The translations under genes and the position numbers were made by a program. From contig CAXXMU010000006.1 of the NCBI GenBank assembly GCA_963667785.2, positions 864,001 through 928,000 on the forward strand: a stretch of DNA of 64,000 nucleotides, in the 5' to 3' direction. Numbering within the stretch: the first letter of the stretch is position 1; every line of letters begins with the position of its first letter. This DNA comes from Alphaproteobacteria bacterium. GTDB taxonomy: Bacteria; Pseudomonadota; Alphaproteobacteria; UBA828. This document shows positions 40,538-50,567 of this stretch, in pieces. The notes under the pieces were generated by a model. It searched no databases. It was not told where the DNA came from and saw nothing but the letters and a program-made list of their open reading frames with translations.

Positions 40538-42409
40538 GTGGCCCAGGAGGAGACCCCGGTCGAGACCTTCCAGCGGGCCGTTGGCTCGGCGCTCCGCGCG
40601 ATCGCCGGCGAGAGCGGCGAGGAGCTGCAGGTCTCCTTCGGCGCGGACCAGCCGCAGGTCGCGGGCGACCAGGTCCAGCTTCCGTTCCCGGCGCGCGATC
40701 TGAACGCGCTCGACGTGGAGCTCGTGCGCGGCTCGGCCGACGCGCTCGCGCTCAGGCTCCGCTATCACGACCAGGGCGCCCACGTGCGCGAGCAGCCGCG
40801 CGGCAGGACGGCGCGCGCGATCTACGACGCGATCGAGCAGACGCGGGTGGAGGCGCTGGGCTCGGGCCGGCTCGCCGGCGTCGCGGCGAACCTCGATTCC
40901 GCGCTGGAGCAGCGCTGCCGGCGCAAGGGCTACGACCAGTGCTCGACGCCCGAGGAGGTGCCGATCGCCGAGGCGCTGGCCATGCTCATGCGCGAGAAGC
41001 TCACCGGCCGGCTGCTGCCGCAGTCCGCCCGTCACATGGCCGACCTGTGGCGCCCCTGGTTCGAGACCAAGGGCGCCAAGCACACGGCGCGGCTGGTGCG
41101 GGCGATCGACGATCAGGACCAGTTCTCCTCGCTCTCGCGGCGCCTCATCAGGGACCTCGACCTGCCGGACGAGGATGCCGAGGATCCCGACGACGCCGAG
41201 GACCAGCCGAACCCCGACCAGACGGACGACGACGATTCGAGCCAGCCGGGCGAGGCCGAGCGCGGCGACGACGACGACACCGACAGCGACCGCGAGGCGG
41301 ACGCCGACGCGAGCGATGACAGTGAGACCGACGACGCGACCGACGAGGACGCCGACGCCTCGATGAGCGAGGGCGAGGAAGACGAGGAGGCCGGCCGGCG
41401 GCGCCTCCAGCCCGGCGGCACGCCGGGGAGCAGGGAGCCGCCCTACAAGGCGTTCACCACCCAGTTCGACGAGATCGTCAACGCGGCCGACCTCTGCGAC
41501 GGCGAGGAGCTGGCCCGGCTGCGCAACCAGCTCGACCAGCAGCTCTCGCAACTGCACGGCGTCATCAGCCGGCTTGCCAACCGCCTGCAGCGGCGCCTGC
41601 TCGCGCGCCAGACGCGGTCCTGGGAGTTCGATCTGGAAGAGGGGCTGCTGGACACCGCACGGCTCTCGCGCGTCGTCACCAACCCGCTCCATCCGCTCTC
41701 CTACAAGATGGAGAAGGAGACCTCCTTCCGCGACACGGTGGTGACGCTTCTCATCGACAATTCGGGCTCCATGCGCGGCCGGCCGATCATGGTGGCCGCC
41801 ATGAGCGGCGACATCCTGGCGCGCACGCTGGAGCGCTGCGGCGTGAAGGTGGAGATCCTGGGCTTCACCACCCGCGCCTGGAAGGGCGGCCAGTCGCGCG
41901 AGCGCTGGCTGGCCGAGGGGCGCACGCGCAATCCCGGGCGCCTCAACGACCTCCGCCACATCGTCTACAAGAATGCCGACGAGCCCTGGCGCCGGGCGCG
42001 GAAGAGCCTCGGCCTCATGCTGCGCGAGGGCCTGCTCAAGGAGAACATCGACGGCGAGGCGCTGCTATGGGCGCACGAACGCCTGCTGGGCAGGACCGAG
42101 GAGCGGCGCATCCTGATGGTCATCTCGGACGGCGCGCCGGTCGACGACAGCACGCTCTCGGTCAACGCGCGCAACTACCTGGAGCGGCACCTGCGCTCCG
42201 TGATCGACTGGATCGAGACCTTCTCGCCGGTCCAGCTTCTCGCCATCGGCATCGGCCACGACGTGACCCGCTACTACCGGCGCGCCGTCACGCTCACCGA
42301 CGCGGAGCAGCTCGGCGGCACCATGACCGAGAAGCTCGCCGAGCTCTTCGACGAGACTCCGCAGACCGAGCGCGCCTTCGAAGCCCGCCCGCGGCTCAGG
42401 AGCGCCTAG
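40538..42409 (+). CDS. cobT: Cobaltochelatase subunit CobT (vWA)
   Basis: Acidic linker, [40 protein letters not shown]. Confidence 0.95.
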   Translation: MAQEETPVETFQRAVGSALRAIAGESGEELQVSFGADQPQVAGDQVQLPFPARDLNALDVELVRGSADALALRLRYHDQGAHVREQPRGRTARAIYDAIEQTRVEALGSGRLAGVAANLDSALEQRCRRKGYDQCSTPEEVPIAEALAMLMREKLTGRLLPQSARHMADLWRPWFETKGAKHTARLVRAIDDQDQFSSLSRRLIRDLDLPDEDAEDPDDAEDQPNPDQTDDDDSSQPGEAERGDDDDTDSDREADADASDDSETDDATDEDADASMSEGEEDEEAGRRRLQPGGTPGSREPPYKAFTTQFDEIVNAADLCDGEELARLRNQLDQQLSQLHGVISRLANRLQRRLLARQTRSWEFDLEEGLLDTARLSRVVTNPLHPLSYKMEKETSFRDTVVTLLIDNSGSMRGRPIMVAAMSGDILARTLERCGVKVEILGFTTRAWKGGQSRERWLAEGRTRNPGRLNDLRHIVYKNADEPWRRARKSLGLMLREGLLKENIDGEALLWAHERLLGRTEERRILMVISDGAPVDDSTLSVNARNYLERHLRSVIDWIETFSPVQLLAIGIGHDVTRYYRRAVTLTDAEQLGGTMTEKLAELFDETPQTERAFEARPRLRSA

Positions 42410-42524
42410 GCCTATTTCGCTCACGGCAGCCGGCCTGCAGCCGGCGCCTGCGCGGGCGCGCCGCATAAGCGGCGGGCCGCGGTCGCGGCCTGTCGCGTGT
42501 CCGCCAAAGACGGATGCGCTCTGG
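42406..42524. repeat. Multi-hairpin intergenic repeat, copy 3 (left end degenerate)
   Basis: TCGCTCACGGCAGCCGGCCT...TAAGCGGCGGGCCGC.GTCGCGGCCTGTCGCGT...GACGGAT.CGCTCT is shared with copy 1. Confidence 0.85.
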
Positions 42525-42546
42525 CAAAGGTCGACCGCCTCTCCGC

Positions 42547-43311
42547 TTACGCCAGGTGGGCGTCGAAGAAGGCCAGCGTCCGCTGCCAGGCGAGGGCGGC
42601 GTCGGCCTCGTCGTAGCGAGCGCTGGTGGGGTTGGCGAAGGCGTGGTCGGCCTCGTACCAGTGGTTCTCCGCGCTCTTGCCGGCCGCCGCCATCTCGCCC
42701 TCGAAGCCCTCGACCATCTCCTTGTTGATCCACCTGTCGCGCGTCGCGAAATGGCCCAGAACAGGACCGGCGAGGGCGGCGAGCTGCGCCCGCGTCCTCT
42801 TCACGTTGCCGTAGTAGACGACGGTGGCGTCGACCGGTGCCGCGAGCGACGCGTTGAGCGACCAGCGGCCGCCGAAGCACCAGCCGACGGTGCCGACGCT
42901 GCCGGTGCCGCTCTCGTGGCCCCGGAGCCAGCCGATCCACGAGGCGCAGGTGTCGGTGGCCGCCTCCGGCCGGACCCCGGTCGCCAGCTCTCGCGCCACG
43001 GCGGGATCGGCGGTGACGTTGCCGTCGTAGAGATCGATCGCGAGCGCCAGGTAGCCGGCGTCGCCGAGCGCGGCCGCGACCGACTTGATCTGGTCGTTCA
43101 GCCCCCACCACTCGTGCACCAGCATGACGGCGGGCGCAGGCAGCGCCGCGGGCCGGGCGAGCGCGGCGGAGATGTCCCGCCCGCCTGCGCTGGAGATGGT
43201 GACGGTCTCGAGCCCCGCGGCGGCGGCCCGGGCGAGGCGGCGGTCGGCGAGGACCGTCGCGAGCGGCAGCCCGGCGAGGCCGATCAGGAGGTCACGTCTT
43301 GCGATTCCCAT
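42547..43311 (-). CDS. Dienelactone hydrolase family protein, Tat-like signal
   Basis: ARRDLL, HEWWGLN, GWCFGG, HAFANP. Confidence 0.92.
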   Translation of the reverse strand: MGIARRDLLIGLAGLPLATVLADRRLARAAAAGLETVTISSAGGRDISAALARPAALPAPAVMLVHEWWGLNDQIKSVAAALGDAGYLALAIDLYDGNVTADPAVARELATGVRPEAATDTCASWIGWLRGHESGTGSVGTVGWCFGGRWSLNASLAAPVDATVVYYGNVKRTRAQLAALAGPVLGHFATRDRWINKEMVEGFEGEMAAAGKSAENHWYEADHAFANPTSARYDEADAALAWQRTLAFFDAHLA

Positions 43312-43451
43312 GGCGCATCGTCCTCCGTTGCGCGGTCGAGGCACCCATGGTCGGGCGCAGATGCGCCGCGCGCAAGGCGCGATCCGCCGCCCCTTGCTTT
43401 CTCCGCCCGGCGCGGCCCTGTATCCTCGCGCGGCTTCAGCGGGGGAGGGCC

Positions 43452-45179
43452 ATGGCGAGTTCGATCGAGGCGCGAGACATCAGCCGCAGGCGCGGCGCCG
43501 GCGCGCTGCTCAGGCGCGAAGAGGACCCGGCGAGACGCGCTGCCACCGGCGGCGATGCACTGATCGCGACCCTTCTCGACCACGGCGTCGACACCGCGTT
43601 CGGTGTGCCGGGCGAGAGCTACCTCGCCGTGCTCGAAGCGCTGCGGGACGCGCGCGAGCGGCTCCGCTTCGTCGTCACCCGCCACGAGTCCGGCGCCACC
43701 TTCGCCGCCTGCGCCTACGGCCGGCTGGCGCGCAAGCCGGGCGTCGCCTTCGTCACGCGCGGGCCGGGCGCCACCAACGCCTCCATCGGCATCCATACGG
43801 CACGCCAGGATTCGGTGCCTCTGCTCCTCTTCATCGGCCAGGTGCCCTCCGGCCAGCGCGGCCGCGAGTCCTTTCAGGAGATCGACTATCACCGCATGCT
43901 GGGGCCGATGGCCAAGGCGGTGTTCGAGCCGCGGACGCCCTCGGCGGTGGCCGCTGCGGTCGCCGAGGCCCACGCCATCGCCATCGACGGCAGGCCCGGC
44001 CCCGTCGCCATCGCACTGCCCGAGGACGTGACCGAGGGCGCGGCCGGCAATGCGCCGCCGCCGATGCGGCGCCCAGGGCGCGCGAGGCCGCCTGCGCCGG
44101 AGGCGATCCAGGACGTCGCCCGGCACCTCGCCGGGGCCCAGCGTCCGGTGGTGATCGCCGGTGAGATGGTCGGCTTCGAAGGCGCCAACGAGGCGCTCGC
44201 CGCCTTCGCCGAGGCCCACGGCTGCGGCGTGCTCAGCTCCTTCCGCCAGCAGGGGGTGCTGCCGTGCGGCCACCCCGCCTATCTCGGAACTCTCGGCCTC
44301 GCGCTGCCGCCCTATCAGGAGGCGCTGCTGGCGGAGGCCGACCTGGTGCTGGCCATCGGCACCCGGCTCGATCTCGCCACCACCCTCGACGACCGCGTGA
44401 TCGAGGAGGCCCGCGCCACGATCCACGTCTACCCGGATGACGACGCGCTGGCCGCGGCCGGCTGCGGCCTGCAGGTCTCCGCCGACGTCGCGCCGGTGCT
44501 GGAAGGGCTCGCGGCTGCCGCATCGGAGGCGCCGCCGGCGCCGCGGCGTGCCTGGCGGGCCACACAGCGCGCGGCGTTCGACGCCTTCCGGCTGGAGGCC
44601 GCCTCGCCGGCGCTGGGCGCGGTCGACCTCGCCGCCGTGGTGCGGACGCTGGCGGAGGCGGTCCCTGCCGACGCCACCATCGTCAACGATGCCGGCAACT
44701 TCTCCACCTGGCTGTTGCGCCACTTCCCGTACGAGCATCCGCTCTCCCAGGCCGCGCCGGCGGTAGGCGCCATGGGCTATGCCGTGCCGGGTGCCCTCGG
44801 CGCGCAGCTCGCCCGGCCCGGCAAGCGCGTGGTCGCGCTCGCCGGCGACGGCGGCTTCGGCATGACCGGGCAGGAGCTGATCACTGCGGTCGCCAACCGG
44901 CTGCCGATCGTCGTGCTGGTCTGCGACAACGGCGGCTACGGCACCATCGCCATGCACCAGTACAACCGCTACGGCACGGATGCGACCTACGGTATCGCGC
45001 TGCACAGCCCGGACTTCGCGGCCGCGGCCCGGGCCTGGGGCGCCGCTGCCTGGACGGTGGACGAGACCCGGGCGTTCGCGCCCGCGCTGGAGCAGGCGCT
45101 TGGCGCCGACGGGCCTGCGCTGATCCACCTCAGGACCGACATGCGCGACCTCGCCGCCTCCGGCGCCAAGATGCGGTGA
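43452..45179 (+). CDS. Thiamine pyrophosphate-dependent enzyme (acetolactate synthase-like)
   Basis: FGVPGESYL, RHESGA, TRGPGATN, GDGGF...DNGGYG. Confidence 0.92.
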   Translation: MASSIEARDISRRRGAGALLRREEDPARRAATGGDALIATLLDHGVDTAFGVPGESYLAVLEALRDARERLRFVVTRHESGATFAACAYGRLARKPGVAFVTRGPGATNASIGIHTARQDSVPLLLFIGQVPSGQRGRESFQEIDYHRMLGPMAKAVFEPRTPSAVAAAVAEAHAIAIDGRPGPVAIALPEDVTEGAAGNAPPPMRRPGRARPPAPEAIQDVARHLAGAQRPVVIAGEMVGFEGANEALAAFAEAHGCGVLSSFRQQGVLPCGHPAYLGTLGLALPPYQEALLAEADLVLAIGTRLDLATTLDDRVIEEARATIHVYPDDDALAAAGCGLQVSADVAPVLEGLAAAASEAPPAPRRAWRATQRAAFDAFRLEAASPALGAVDLAAVVRTLAEAVPADATIVNDAGNFSTWLLRHFPYEHPLSQAAPAVGAMGYAVPGALGAQLARPGKRVVALAGDGGFGMTGQELITAVANRLPIVVLVCDNGGYGTIAMHQYNRYGTDATYGIALHSPDFAAAARAWGAAAWTVDETRAFAPALEQALGADGPALIHLRTDMRDLAASGAKMR

Positions 45180-46438
45180 CGATGGCCGCCGCCGGCGAGA
45201 CCGACGAGGCGGACGACGCCGGAACGGAGGGCGCGGAGGGGGACGGCACGCCGGCCGGGACCTCGGACGAGGCTTCCGACGAGGCCGCGGTCGAGGCACA
45301 CGTTCTCAGCTCGATCGCCCAGGTGACCGCCGCCGACTGGGACCGCTGCGCGGGCACCGACAACCCCTTCGTCCGCCATGCCTTCCTCTCGGCACTGGAG
45401 GAGAGCGGCTCGAGCGCGGACGAGACCGGCTGGCACCCCCGGCACATCATCCTCAAGAGCAGTGCCGGCGCCGTCCTCGGCGCGGTGCCGATGTACCTCA
45501 AGAGCCACTCCTACGGCGAATACGTCTTCGACCACGGCTGGGCGGACGCGTTCGAGCGCGCGGGCGGGCGCTACTACCCCAAGCTGCAGGTCTCGGTGCC
45601 CTTCACGCCGGTGACGGGGCCGCGCCTGCTGGCGCCGGCGGGACCGCAGGCGGATGCGGTGCGGCAGGCGCTGCTCTCCACCTGCGTCGGCCTCTGCGAC
45701 CAGGCGGGCGTCTCCTCGCTGCACGTCACCTTCCCCCCCGAAGACGAGTTCGACCTGATGGGCGAGGCGGGGCTCCTGCAGCGCACCGGCATCCAGTTCC
45801 ACTGGCTCAACGAGGGCTACGAGAGCTTCGACGACTTCCTGGCTACCCTCGCCTCGCGCAAGCGCAAGCAGATCCGCAAGGAGCGGCAGGCGGTCGCCGA
45901 CGCCGGGCTTGCCATCCGGGCGCTCACCGGGCCCGAAATCGAGGAGCGCCACTGGGACGCATTCTTTGCCTTCTATCAGACGACGGGCAGCCGCAAGTGG
46001 GGGGTGCCCTACCTCACGCGGAGCTTCTTCAGCCTGCTCGGCGAGCGGATGGCCGAGGCGGTGGTGCTGGTGATGGTCGAGCGGGACGGCCGGCCCATCG
46101 CCGGCGCGCTCAATCTCGCCGGCACCGATACGCTCTACGGCCGCAACTGGGGCTGCGTCGAGGAGCACCGCTTCCTGCATTTCGAGGCCTGCTACTACCG
46201 CGCCATCGACCACGCCATCGCCCGCGGGCTGAAGCGCGTGGAGGCCGGCGCCCAGGGGCCGCACAAGCTCGCGCGCGGCTATCTGCCGGTGCCGACCTAT
46301 TCCGCCCACTGGGTCGCCGATCCCGGCCTGAGGGAGGCGGTCGCCCGCTACCTCGACCACGAGACGCGGGAGATCGACCGCGAGATCGCCGTGCTCGAGC
46401 GGCACGGCCCCTTTCGCCAGGGCGGCGACGGGGCCTGA
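45176..46438 (+). CDS. DUF482/FemAB-like GNAT family protein
   Basis: KSHSYGEYVFD..WA, YYPKLQ..VPFTP, LYGRNWG, LHFE.CYY, EAGAQG.HK. Confidence 0.92.
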   Translation: MTMAAAGETDEADDAGTEGAEGDGTPAGTSDEASDEAAVEAHVLSSIAQVTAADWDRCAGTDNPFVRHAFLSALEESGSSADETGWHPRHIILKSSAGAVLGAVPMYLKSHSYGEYVFDHGWADAFERAGGRYYPKLQVSVPFTPVTGPRLLAPAGPQADAVRQALLSTCVGLCDQAGVSSLHVTFPPEDEFDLMGEAGLLQRTGIQFHWLNEGYESFDDFLATLASRKRKQIRKERQAVADAGLAIRALTGPEIEERHWDAFFAFYQTTGSRKWGVPYLTRSFFSLLGERMAEAVVLVMVERDGRPIAGALNLAGTDTLYGRNWGCVEEHRFLHFEACYYRAIDHAIARGLKRVEAGAQGPHKLARGYLPVPTYSAHWVADPGLREAVARYLDHETREIDREIAVLERHGPFRQGGDGA

Positions 46439-46528
46439 GGGGGAAGGGCGGGCGGCGCCGCTTGCGCGCGGCACCCCGGCACCCCAAGATCGCCGCCACA
46501 CGCACCGCCGCGCCTGAGGAGAGACCGG

Positions 46529-47878
46529 ATGACAGCCTCCAATCTCGACGCGCTCACCCGCGACGCGCTCGACTACTACCTGTTCCCGCTCGCGACCAAG
46601 CAGGACATGCGCACGGACGGCCCGATGATCTTCTCGCGCGCGGCCGGGATGGAGATCACCGACGCGGCCGGCAAGACCTACCTCGACATGATGAGCACCC
46701 AGACCAGGGCGAGCTCGCTCGGCTACGGGCAGGAGCGCATCGCGCGCGCCATCTACGACCAGCTCATGTCACTCCACTACGCCGGCACTTTCGCCAACGT
46801 CGCCGACGTGACGATCCGCCTTTCGGCCAAGATCGCCGATCTCGCGCCCGGCTCCCTCACCGCATCGGTCTACGCCGGCAGCGGCTCGGAGGCGAACGAG
46901 ATGTCGATCAAGCTGGCCAAGCAGTATCACGCGGCCAAGGGCGACAAGCCACGCGCCCACAAGATCATCTCGCGCTGGGACGCATATCACGGCGCCACCA
47001 TGGGAGTGATCGGCAGCACCGACTATCTCGGCACCCGCGCCATCACCGAGCCGGGCGTGCCGGGCTACAGCCGCATCCCCGCGCCCAACCTCTACCGCAC
47101 GCCGTTCGGCATGGACCCGTCGGAGGTCTGCGACTTCTGCGTGGACTTCTTGGAGCAGCACATCGTCCACGAGGGGCCGGAGACGGTGGCCGCCTTCATC
47201 GCCGAGCCGGTGATGCAGGGCGACGGCGTACAGGTGCCGCCGGACGACTACTTCGCCCGGGTGCGGGCGGTCTGCGACAAGTACGACGTGCTGCTGATCG
47301 GCGACGAGGTGATCACCGGCTTCGGCCGTACCGGGCGCTGGTTCGCGCTGGAGCACTGGGGCGTCGAGTGCGACATCATGAGCACGGCGAAGGCGGTCAC
47401 CGCCGGCTACTTCCCGCTCGGCGCATCGACCGTGAGCCGCAGGGTCGCCGATGCGCTGCCGGTCTTCACCCACGTGCAGACCTACAACGGCCATCCCGGC
47501 GCCTGTGCCGCGGCGCTCGCCACCATCGACATCCTGGACAGCGAGAACCTGGTCGAGCGGGGCGCGGAGACCGGCGCCTACTTCCTCGATTCCATGCAGC
47601 GGCTGCGCGAGCTCGCCATCGTCGGCGACGTGCGCGGGCTCGGCATGTGGACCTGCATCGACTTCACCGCCGACAAGAAGACCAAGGCGCCGTTCACCGA
47701 CGACACGGTGAAGGCGATCACGCGCCGCATGGCCGATCTCGGCGTGCTCGGCGGCGAGGAAGGCACGGCGATCGAGTTCGGGCCGGCGCTCATCGCCACC
47801 CGCGAGATGGTGGATCGCACCGTCGACGTGGCCGAGCAGGCGATCCGCGAGGTGATGGCCGATCGCAACCTCGGCTGA
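46529..47878 (+). CDS. Class III aminotransferase (PLP)
   Basis: SGSEANE, YHGAT, FIAEPV, DEVITGFGRTG, AKAVTAGY.PLG. Confidence 0.93.
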   Translation: MTASNLDALTRDALDYYLFPLATKQDMRTDGPMIFSRAAGMEITDAAGKTYLDMMSTQTRASSLGYGQERIARAIYDQLMSLHYAGTFANVADVTIRLSAKIADLAPGSLTASVYAGSGSEANEMSIKLAKQYHAAKGDKPRAHKIISRWDAYHGATMGVIGSTDYLGTRAITEPGVPGYSRIPAPNLYRTPFGMDPSEVCDFCVDFLEQHIVHEGPETVAAFIAEPVMQGDGVQVPPDDYFARVRAVCDKYDVLLIGDEVITGFGRTGRWFALEHWGVECDIMSTAKAVTAGYFPLGASTVSRRVADALPVFTHVQTYNGHPGACAAALATIDILDSENLVERGAETGAYFLDSMQRLRELAIVGDVRGLGMWTCIDFTADKKTKAPFTDDTVKAITRRMADLGVLGGEEGTAIEFGPALIATREMVDRTVDVAEQAIREVMADRNLG

Positions 47879-47933
47879 GCCGCGCCCGCCGGCGCCGCCT
47901 CGCGCGGGTCGCGGATTGCCCTGACGCAGCCCT

Positions 47934-48590
47934 CTACGCGACGATGCTGTCGGCGCGGCGTTCGAGGGCGGCGATGGCGTCCGCCGCGGTGACGGGCCGG
48001 CCGGCGTTGGTGAGCGCCCGGATGAGCGTGAGCGCCGCTTCATGGCCTTGCGCGCTGGTGCCGGCCACACAGTCCTCCAGCACGAACACCCGGTAGTCGC
48101 GCTGGTAGGCGTCGCCCGCGGTCCACAGCACGCAGACATCGCTGCAGACGCCGGCGATCAGGAGCGTGTCGACGCCCAGGCGGCGCAGGTTCATATCGAG
48201 CTCGGTGCCGACGAAGATGCTGAAGCGCCGCTTGAGGATGCGGATGTCGCCCGGCTCGGGCGCCAGCTCGTCGACGATCTCGAAGCCCTCCGTGCCCTCG
48301 ATGCAGGGCGGTGCCGGCGGCTCTCCGGGCGCCGCGCGGGGATGCCTGCCGGTGACCCAGCCGCTCCGCCCGTCCCAGAGGAGGCGCCCGCCGTCGAGCC
48401 CGTCGGCGCGATGCACTTCCTGGCTGAACGCGACCGGCACCTGCGCGCGCCGGGCCGCGGCGACCACCCGGCCGATCCGCGTCACCATCCGCTCCGCCCC
48501 GATCGCGTAGGAGCCGACATCATGGTCGACGAAGTCGTTCTGCATGTCGACCACGGCCAGCGCCGGTCGTCCGATCTCCAGTCCGTCCAT
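47934..48590 (-). CDS. Isochorismatase-family cysteine hydrolase
   Basis: VVDMQNDF, KRRFS.F, AGVCSDVCV (D-K-C triad). Confidence 0.9.
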   Translation of the reverse strand: MDGLEIGRPALAVVDMQNDFVDHDVGSYAIGAERMVTRIGRVVAAARRAQVPVAFSQEVHRADGLDGGRLLWDGRSGWVTGRHPRAAPGEPPAPPCIEGTEGFEIVDELAPEPGDIRILKRRFSIFVGTELDMNLRRLGVDTLLIAGVCSDVCVLWTAGDAYQRDYRVFVLEDCVAGTSAQGHEAALTLIRALTNAGRPVTAADAIAALERRADSIVA

Positions 48591-48619
48591 GGGTACGTCC
48601 TCCATTCCCTCTGGCCGGG

Positions 48620-49099
48620 CTACTGCGGGTCCTTCATGTCCATCCCGCCGTGGTCCATGTCGTCGTGGTTCATGTCGTCGCCGTGCTCCTTCATCTCACC
48701 GTGCATGTGCTCGGCCTGGCCGTCGTCGACACCGAAATCCACCTTCTTGACGACGCGATCCCGGGTCGGGCCGCTGACGTCCAGCGTCAAGGCCCACTCG
48801 CCCAGCATCTCGAGCTCCAGCGTGGCGGCGTAGTGGCCCGGCATCGAGCCGGGTACCGCCTGCACGGGCCGTACATTGTGCGCCAGCGGCATCGACGGCA
48901 TGTCGGCCTTGACGACGACCTCGGCACCCTCCACCGGGTCGCCGCTCTTCTTGCCCTTCAGCATGATCATGCAGTCGTAGGTGAGCCGTTCCGCCGTCGC
49001 GGTACAGCTCACGTCCGCCGCCACGCGCTCGCCCGCGAGCGCCGCGCCGCTCGCCGTCAGCATCGCCGACAGCGCAAGCACTGCTGTCACGTATCGCAT
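48620..49099 (-). CDS. Secreted YtkA/FixH-like protein with His/Met-rich tail
   Basis: Signal peptide, ADMPSM..AH, PGHY....LEM.GEW; tail EHMHGEMKEHGDDMNHDDMDHGGMDM. Confidence 0.75.
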   Translation of the reverse strand: MRYVTAVLALSAMLTASGAALAGERVAADVSCTATAERLTYDCMIMLKGKKSGDPVEGAEVVVKADMPSMPLAHNVRPVQAVPGSMPGHYAATLELEMLGEWALTLDVSGPTRDRVVKKVDFGVDDGQAEHMHGEMKEHGDDMNHDDMDHGGMDMKDPQ

Positions 49100-49102
49100 C
49101 CT

Positions 49103-49819
49103 TCATCCTCCCCGTTGCAGACCCAGATAGGCGCTCACCAGCAGCTCGTGCTCGGCAAGCTCGGCCGCCTGGCCGTCCAGAATGATCCGTCCGCTCTCGA
49201 GCACGTAGCCCCTGTCGGCGATCGCGAGCGCCTGGCGCACGTTCTGCTCCACCAGCAGGATCGTCACCCCTGCGTCCCTCAGCCTGGCGATCAGGGCAAA
49301 GACCTCCTGCGCGGCGATCGGCGCGAGGCCGAGCGAGGGTTCGTCGAGCATGAGCAGCTTCGGTCGGGCCATCAGCCCGCGGGCGAGCGCCAGCATCTGG
49401 GCCTGGCCGCCGCTCAGCGCCGCGCCGCGCTCGTCGAGCCGGTCGCGCAGCATGGGAAAAAACGCCAGCACGCGATCGATGTCTGCTTCGGCCCGCGCGC
49501 GGCCGGGCACGTTGTAGGCGCCGAGCCGCAGGTTCTGCGCGATCGTCAGCCTGCCGAAGATCAGACGACCCTCCGGCACCTGCACGATGCCGCGGCGCAT
49601 GATCCGGTGCGGCGGCAGGCGGGTGATGGACTGTCCGAGAAAGTGGACCTGCCCGCCCGCCGGCCGCTCGATGCCGCACACCGCGTGCATCGTCGAGCTC
49701 TTGCCGGCGCCGTTGGTGCCGATCAGGGCGACGATCTCGCCCTCCCCGACCTTCAGCGACACGCCCTGGACGGCGCGGACCTTGCCGTAGCTGACCTGCA
49801 GGTCGCGGACCTCAAGCAT
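49103..49819 (-). CDS. Branched-chain-type ABC ATPase LivF-like (set 2)
   Basis: GTNGAGKS, VPEGR.IF, LSGGQ, LDEPSLGL, VEQN. Confidence 0.92.
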   Translation of the reverse strand: MLEVRDLQVSYGKVRAVQGVSLKVGEGEIVALIGTNGAGKSSTMHAVCGIERPAGGQVHFLGQSITRLPPHRIMRRGIVQVPEGRLIFGRLTIAQNLRLGAYNVPGRARAEADIDRVLAFFPMLRDRLDERGAALSGGQAQMLALARGLMARPKLLMLDEPSLGLAPIAAQEVFALIARLRDAGVTILLVEQNVRQALAIADRGYVLESGRIILDGQAAELAEHELLVSAYLGLQRGG

Positions 49820-50567
49820 CGCCCGCGTCCCGGCCGAGATAGGCCTCGAGCACGTCGCTCTGCTGCAGGACCTCCTGCGGTGCGCCGTCCGCGATCTTGC
49901 GGCCGAAGTTGAGAACGCAGAGGCGCTGGCAGAGCGCCGAGATCAGGTCGAGCTTGTGCTCGATGACGACGCAGGTACGCCCCGGCACCGCGAAGTCGCG
50001 GATGAGCGCGGCCATCTCCGCCGTCTCCGCCGGGGTCATCCCGCCCGCCGGCTCGTCCAGGAGCAGCAGCGCAGGAGAACGCGCGAGCGCCCGGGCCAGC
50101 TCGAGGCGCCGCTGATCGGGGAGCGGCAGGCTGCCCGCCAGCGCATCCCGCCGGTCGGCGAGGCCGACGGCGTCGAGCAGGCCGTCGACCTCGGCCCTGC
50201 GCGCGCGTTCGCCCGCGGAGCGACCGGACAGGAGCGTCATGGGCCCGACGCCGGGCAGGCTGTGCTGCGCCACCCAGACGTTCTCGTGCACGCTCATGCG
50301 CCGGAAGATGCGCAGATTCTGGAAGGTTCGCGCGATGCCGCGCCGCACGATCCGGGCCGGCGCCTGATCGGTGATGTCCTCGCCGCGCAGCAGCACGCGG
50401 CCCGAATCCACCGGGTGAACGCCGGTGATGACGTTGAAAAGCGTCGTCTTGCCGGAGCCGTTGGGGCCGATGAGGCCGACCACCTCGCCGTCCGCGACCG
50501 CGAGGTCGATCTCCTCCAGGGCGGCGACGCCGCCGAAGGACCGGCTCAGGCCCTCAACCCTCAGCAC
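49812..50567 (-). CDS. ABC ATPase LivG-like (set 2)
   Basis: GPNGSGKT, ARTFQN, LDEPAGG, IEH. Confidence 0.92.
   Translation of the reverse strand: MLRVEGLSRSFGGVAALEEIDLAVADGEVVGLIGPNGSGKTTLFNVITGVHPVDSGRVLLRGEDITDQAPARIVRRGIARTFQNLRIFRRMSVHENVWVAQHSLPGVGPMTLLSGRSAGERARRAEVDGLLDAVGLADRRDALAGSLPLPDQRRLELARALARSPALLLLDEPAGGMTPAETAEMAALIRDFAVPGRTCVVIEHKLDLISALCQRLCVLNFGRKIADGAPQEVLQQSDVLEAYLGRDAGDA

Noticed and set aside
41160-41400. Acidic low-complexity stretch in cobT
   Set aside because: It is a normal feature of CobT.
20338-42524. CRISPR array or tRNA interpretation of the repeats
   Set aside because: The copies are dispersed with no repeat-spacer periodicity, no cas genes and no cloverleaf or T-loop motifs.
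45176-45300. Acidic N-terminal extension of the DUF482 protein
   Set aside because: It is a short disordered extension with an uncertain start and no evidence of a separate function.
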